64,000 nucleotides of DNA, taken from assembly GCA_051362555.1 (NCBI GenBank), contig CM120648.1, forward strand, positions 14,380,587 to 14,444,586. Reading direction: 5' to 3'. Of the stretch, positions 62,924-64,000 are shown one piece after another. This stretch comes from Lingula anatina. Lineage: Eukaryota > Animalia > Brachiopoda. A model generated the notes under the pieces. It was not told where the DNA came from, did not search any database, and was given only the letters and a program-made list of their open reading frames with translations. Each line of letters opens with the position of its first letter. Positions within the stretch are counted from its first letter, which is position 1. The position numbers and the translations under genes were made by a program.

Positions 62924-63800
62924 TAGTTGTTTTTTGTTTACCCTATATATCGATGAGTTCGTCAGAGACCTACGGTCTTTAATACCTCATGACGGTTTCT
63001 TGGGTTGGTTACATTGCCTCTTACTAATGGACGACACTGTCATTCTGGCCACTAGTGGAGAGATGGCTGAGAGAGAATTACATATTCTGATTAATTTCTG
63101 CCAGAGATCCGGGATGGTGATTAACAACGATAAAACGGAGTTAATGGTGATAAACGGGGAAGAACGAGATAAGATACCTTTGACAGCTATAGATGTATTG
63201 GTTAAAAATTGCAAAGTGTATACATATCTAGGGGTAATGTTTAGTCAGACTGGCGGTTGTGTGGAAGCGGTCAGACAACAAATTTCCACAAAACAATCTC
63301 AACTTTTAAAGTTTGCGTCTTTTATTTCGAAAAATGCGGACTTCCCATTTCCTATAAAGAAAAAGGTCATGGAAGCAGCATTAATTTCTTCAATGCTGTA
63401 TGGCTGTGAATCCTGGTTATGTTCAAGTTATAAAACAGCTCAGTCGACCTATTACGAAATTATCAAAAATTTATTAAGTGTCAGGCAGAGCACTCTTAAT
63501 GACTTAATACTAGTCGAATTAGGAATACCCGAACTGAGCGCCAGGGTACGCGCTGCACAAAGATCCTATATGACTAAGATTCTTCAGACATGATCTGGCA
63601 TGGTGGACGATCCTTTTATGCAAGTGTGGCAGCTTTGTTACGACAACGGCACCAGGGGAGCCCAATATCTGACCAAAGTGGTTAACTCTAATAACATTAT
63701 AGAGGCAAATAGAGCCGAAATAAAGAATCGATTTAGAAATTCAATCAGAATTAAATCTGTTACATACTTTAAGATGAATCCTAACACCTTGGTGAACTGA
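62920..63800 (+). mobile_element. Truncated non-LTR retrotransposon reverse transcriptase fragment
   Basis: PSCFLFTLYID...HCLLLMDDTVILA...GMVINNDKT...YTYLGV...SMLYGCESW. A single premature TGA at 63591; the frame continues to 63800. Confidence 0.88.
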
Positions 63801-64000
63801 CTCTTCCTCTCTGGACAGCGCTATGTCTCATCCATGTGTCAACTGATAAGCTTGTCACTGATTTTTATATATGTTCAGCATCATATGTTTAAATTTCACC
63901 ATTATTGGACTAAATTTGTCAAAATTATTATCGTTTAACTATTTTATGTCATGGAATTTGCCAGTCTTTTCAATGTAATTTTCAGTTTTCTAAAATATAT

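Overview
AT-rich eukaryotic DNA, most likely from an invertebrate. The repeat types are typical of molluscs and other lophotrochozoans, but the taxon cannot be fixed from sequence alone. The left half carries one intact intron-containing gene on the minus strand (ATG 33471, stop 5755; 10 coding exons, about 908 aa). It encodes a GH20 beta-N-acetylhexosaminidase of the Serratia/Vibrio chitobiase architecture, with an Arg-rich N-terminus followed by a hydrophobic anchor. Introns and the right half are dominated by nested mobile elements: three Helentron/HINE-type families (one carrying a 146-bp satellite), a Penelope-like retroelement with inverted pLTRs, a 37-nt tail, a 12-bp TSD and a decayed hammerhead, a TIR-bounded Tc1, a Harbinger interrupted by nested inserts, hAT derivatives, MITEs, LINE fragments, a 95-bp minisatellite fused to an RT fragment, and a palindromic element family that inserts with no clear TSD. 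The least explained structure is a co-oriented series of at least six ancient units between about 39 and 58 kb. They appear to be Tc1-derived and retain a conserved 24-bp imperfect palindrome. All calls come from manual reading; no searches were run.
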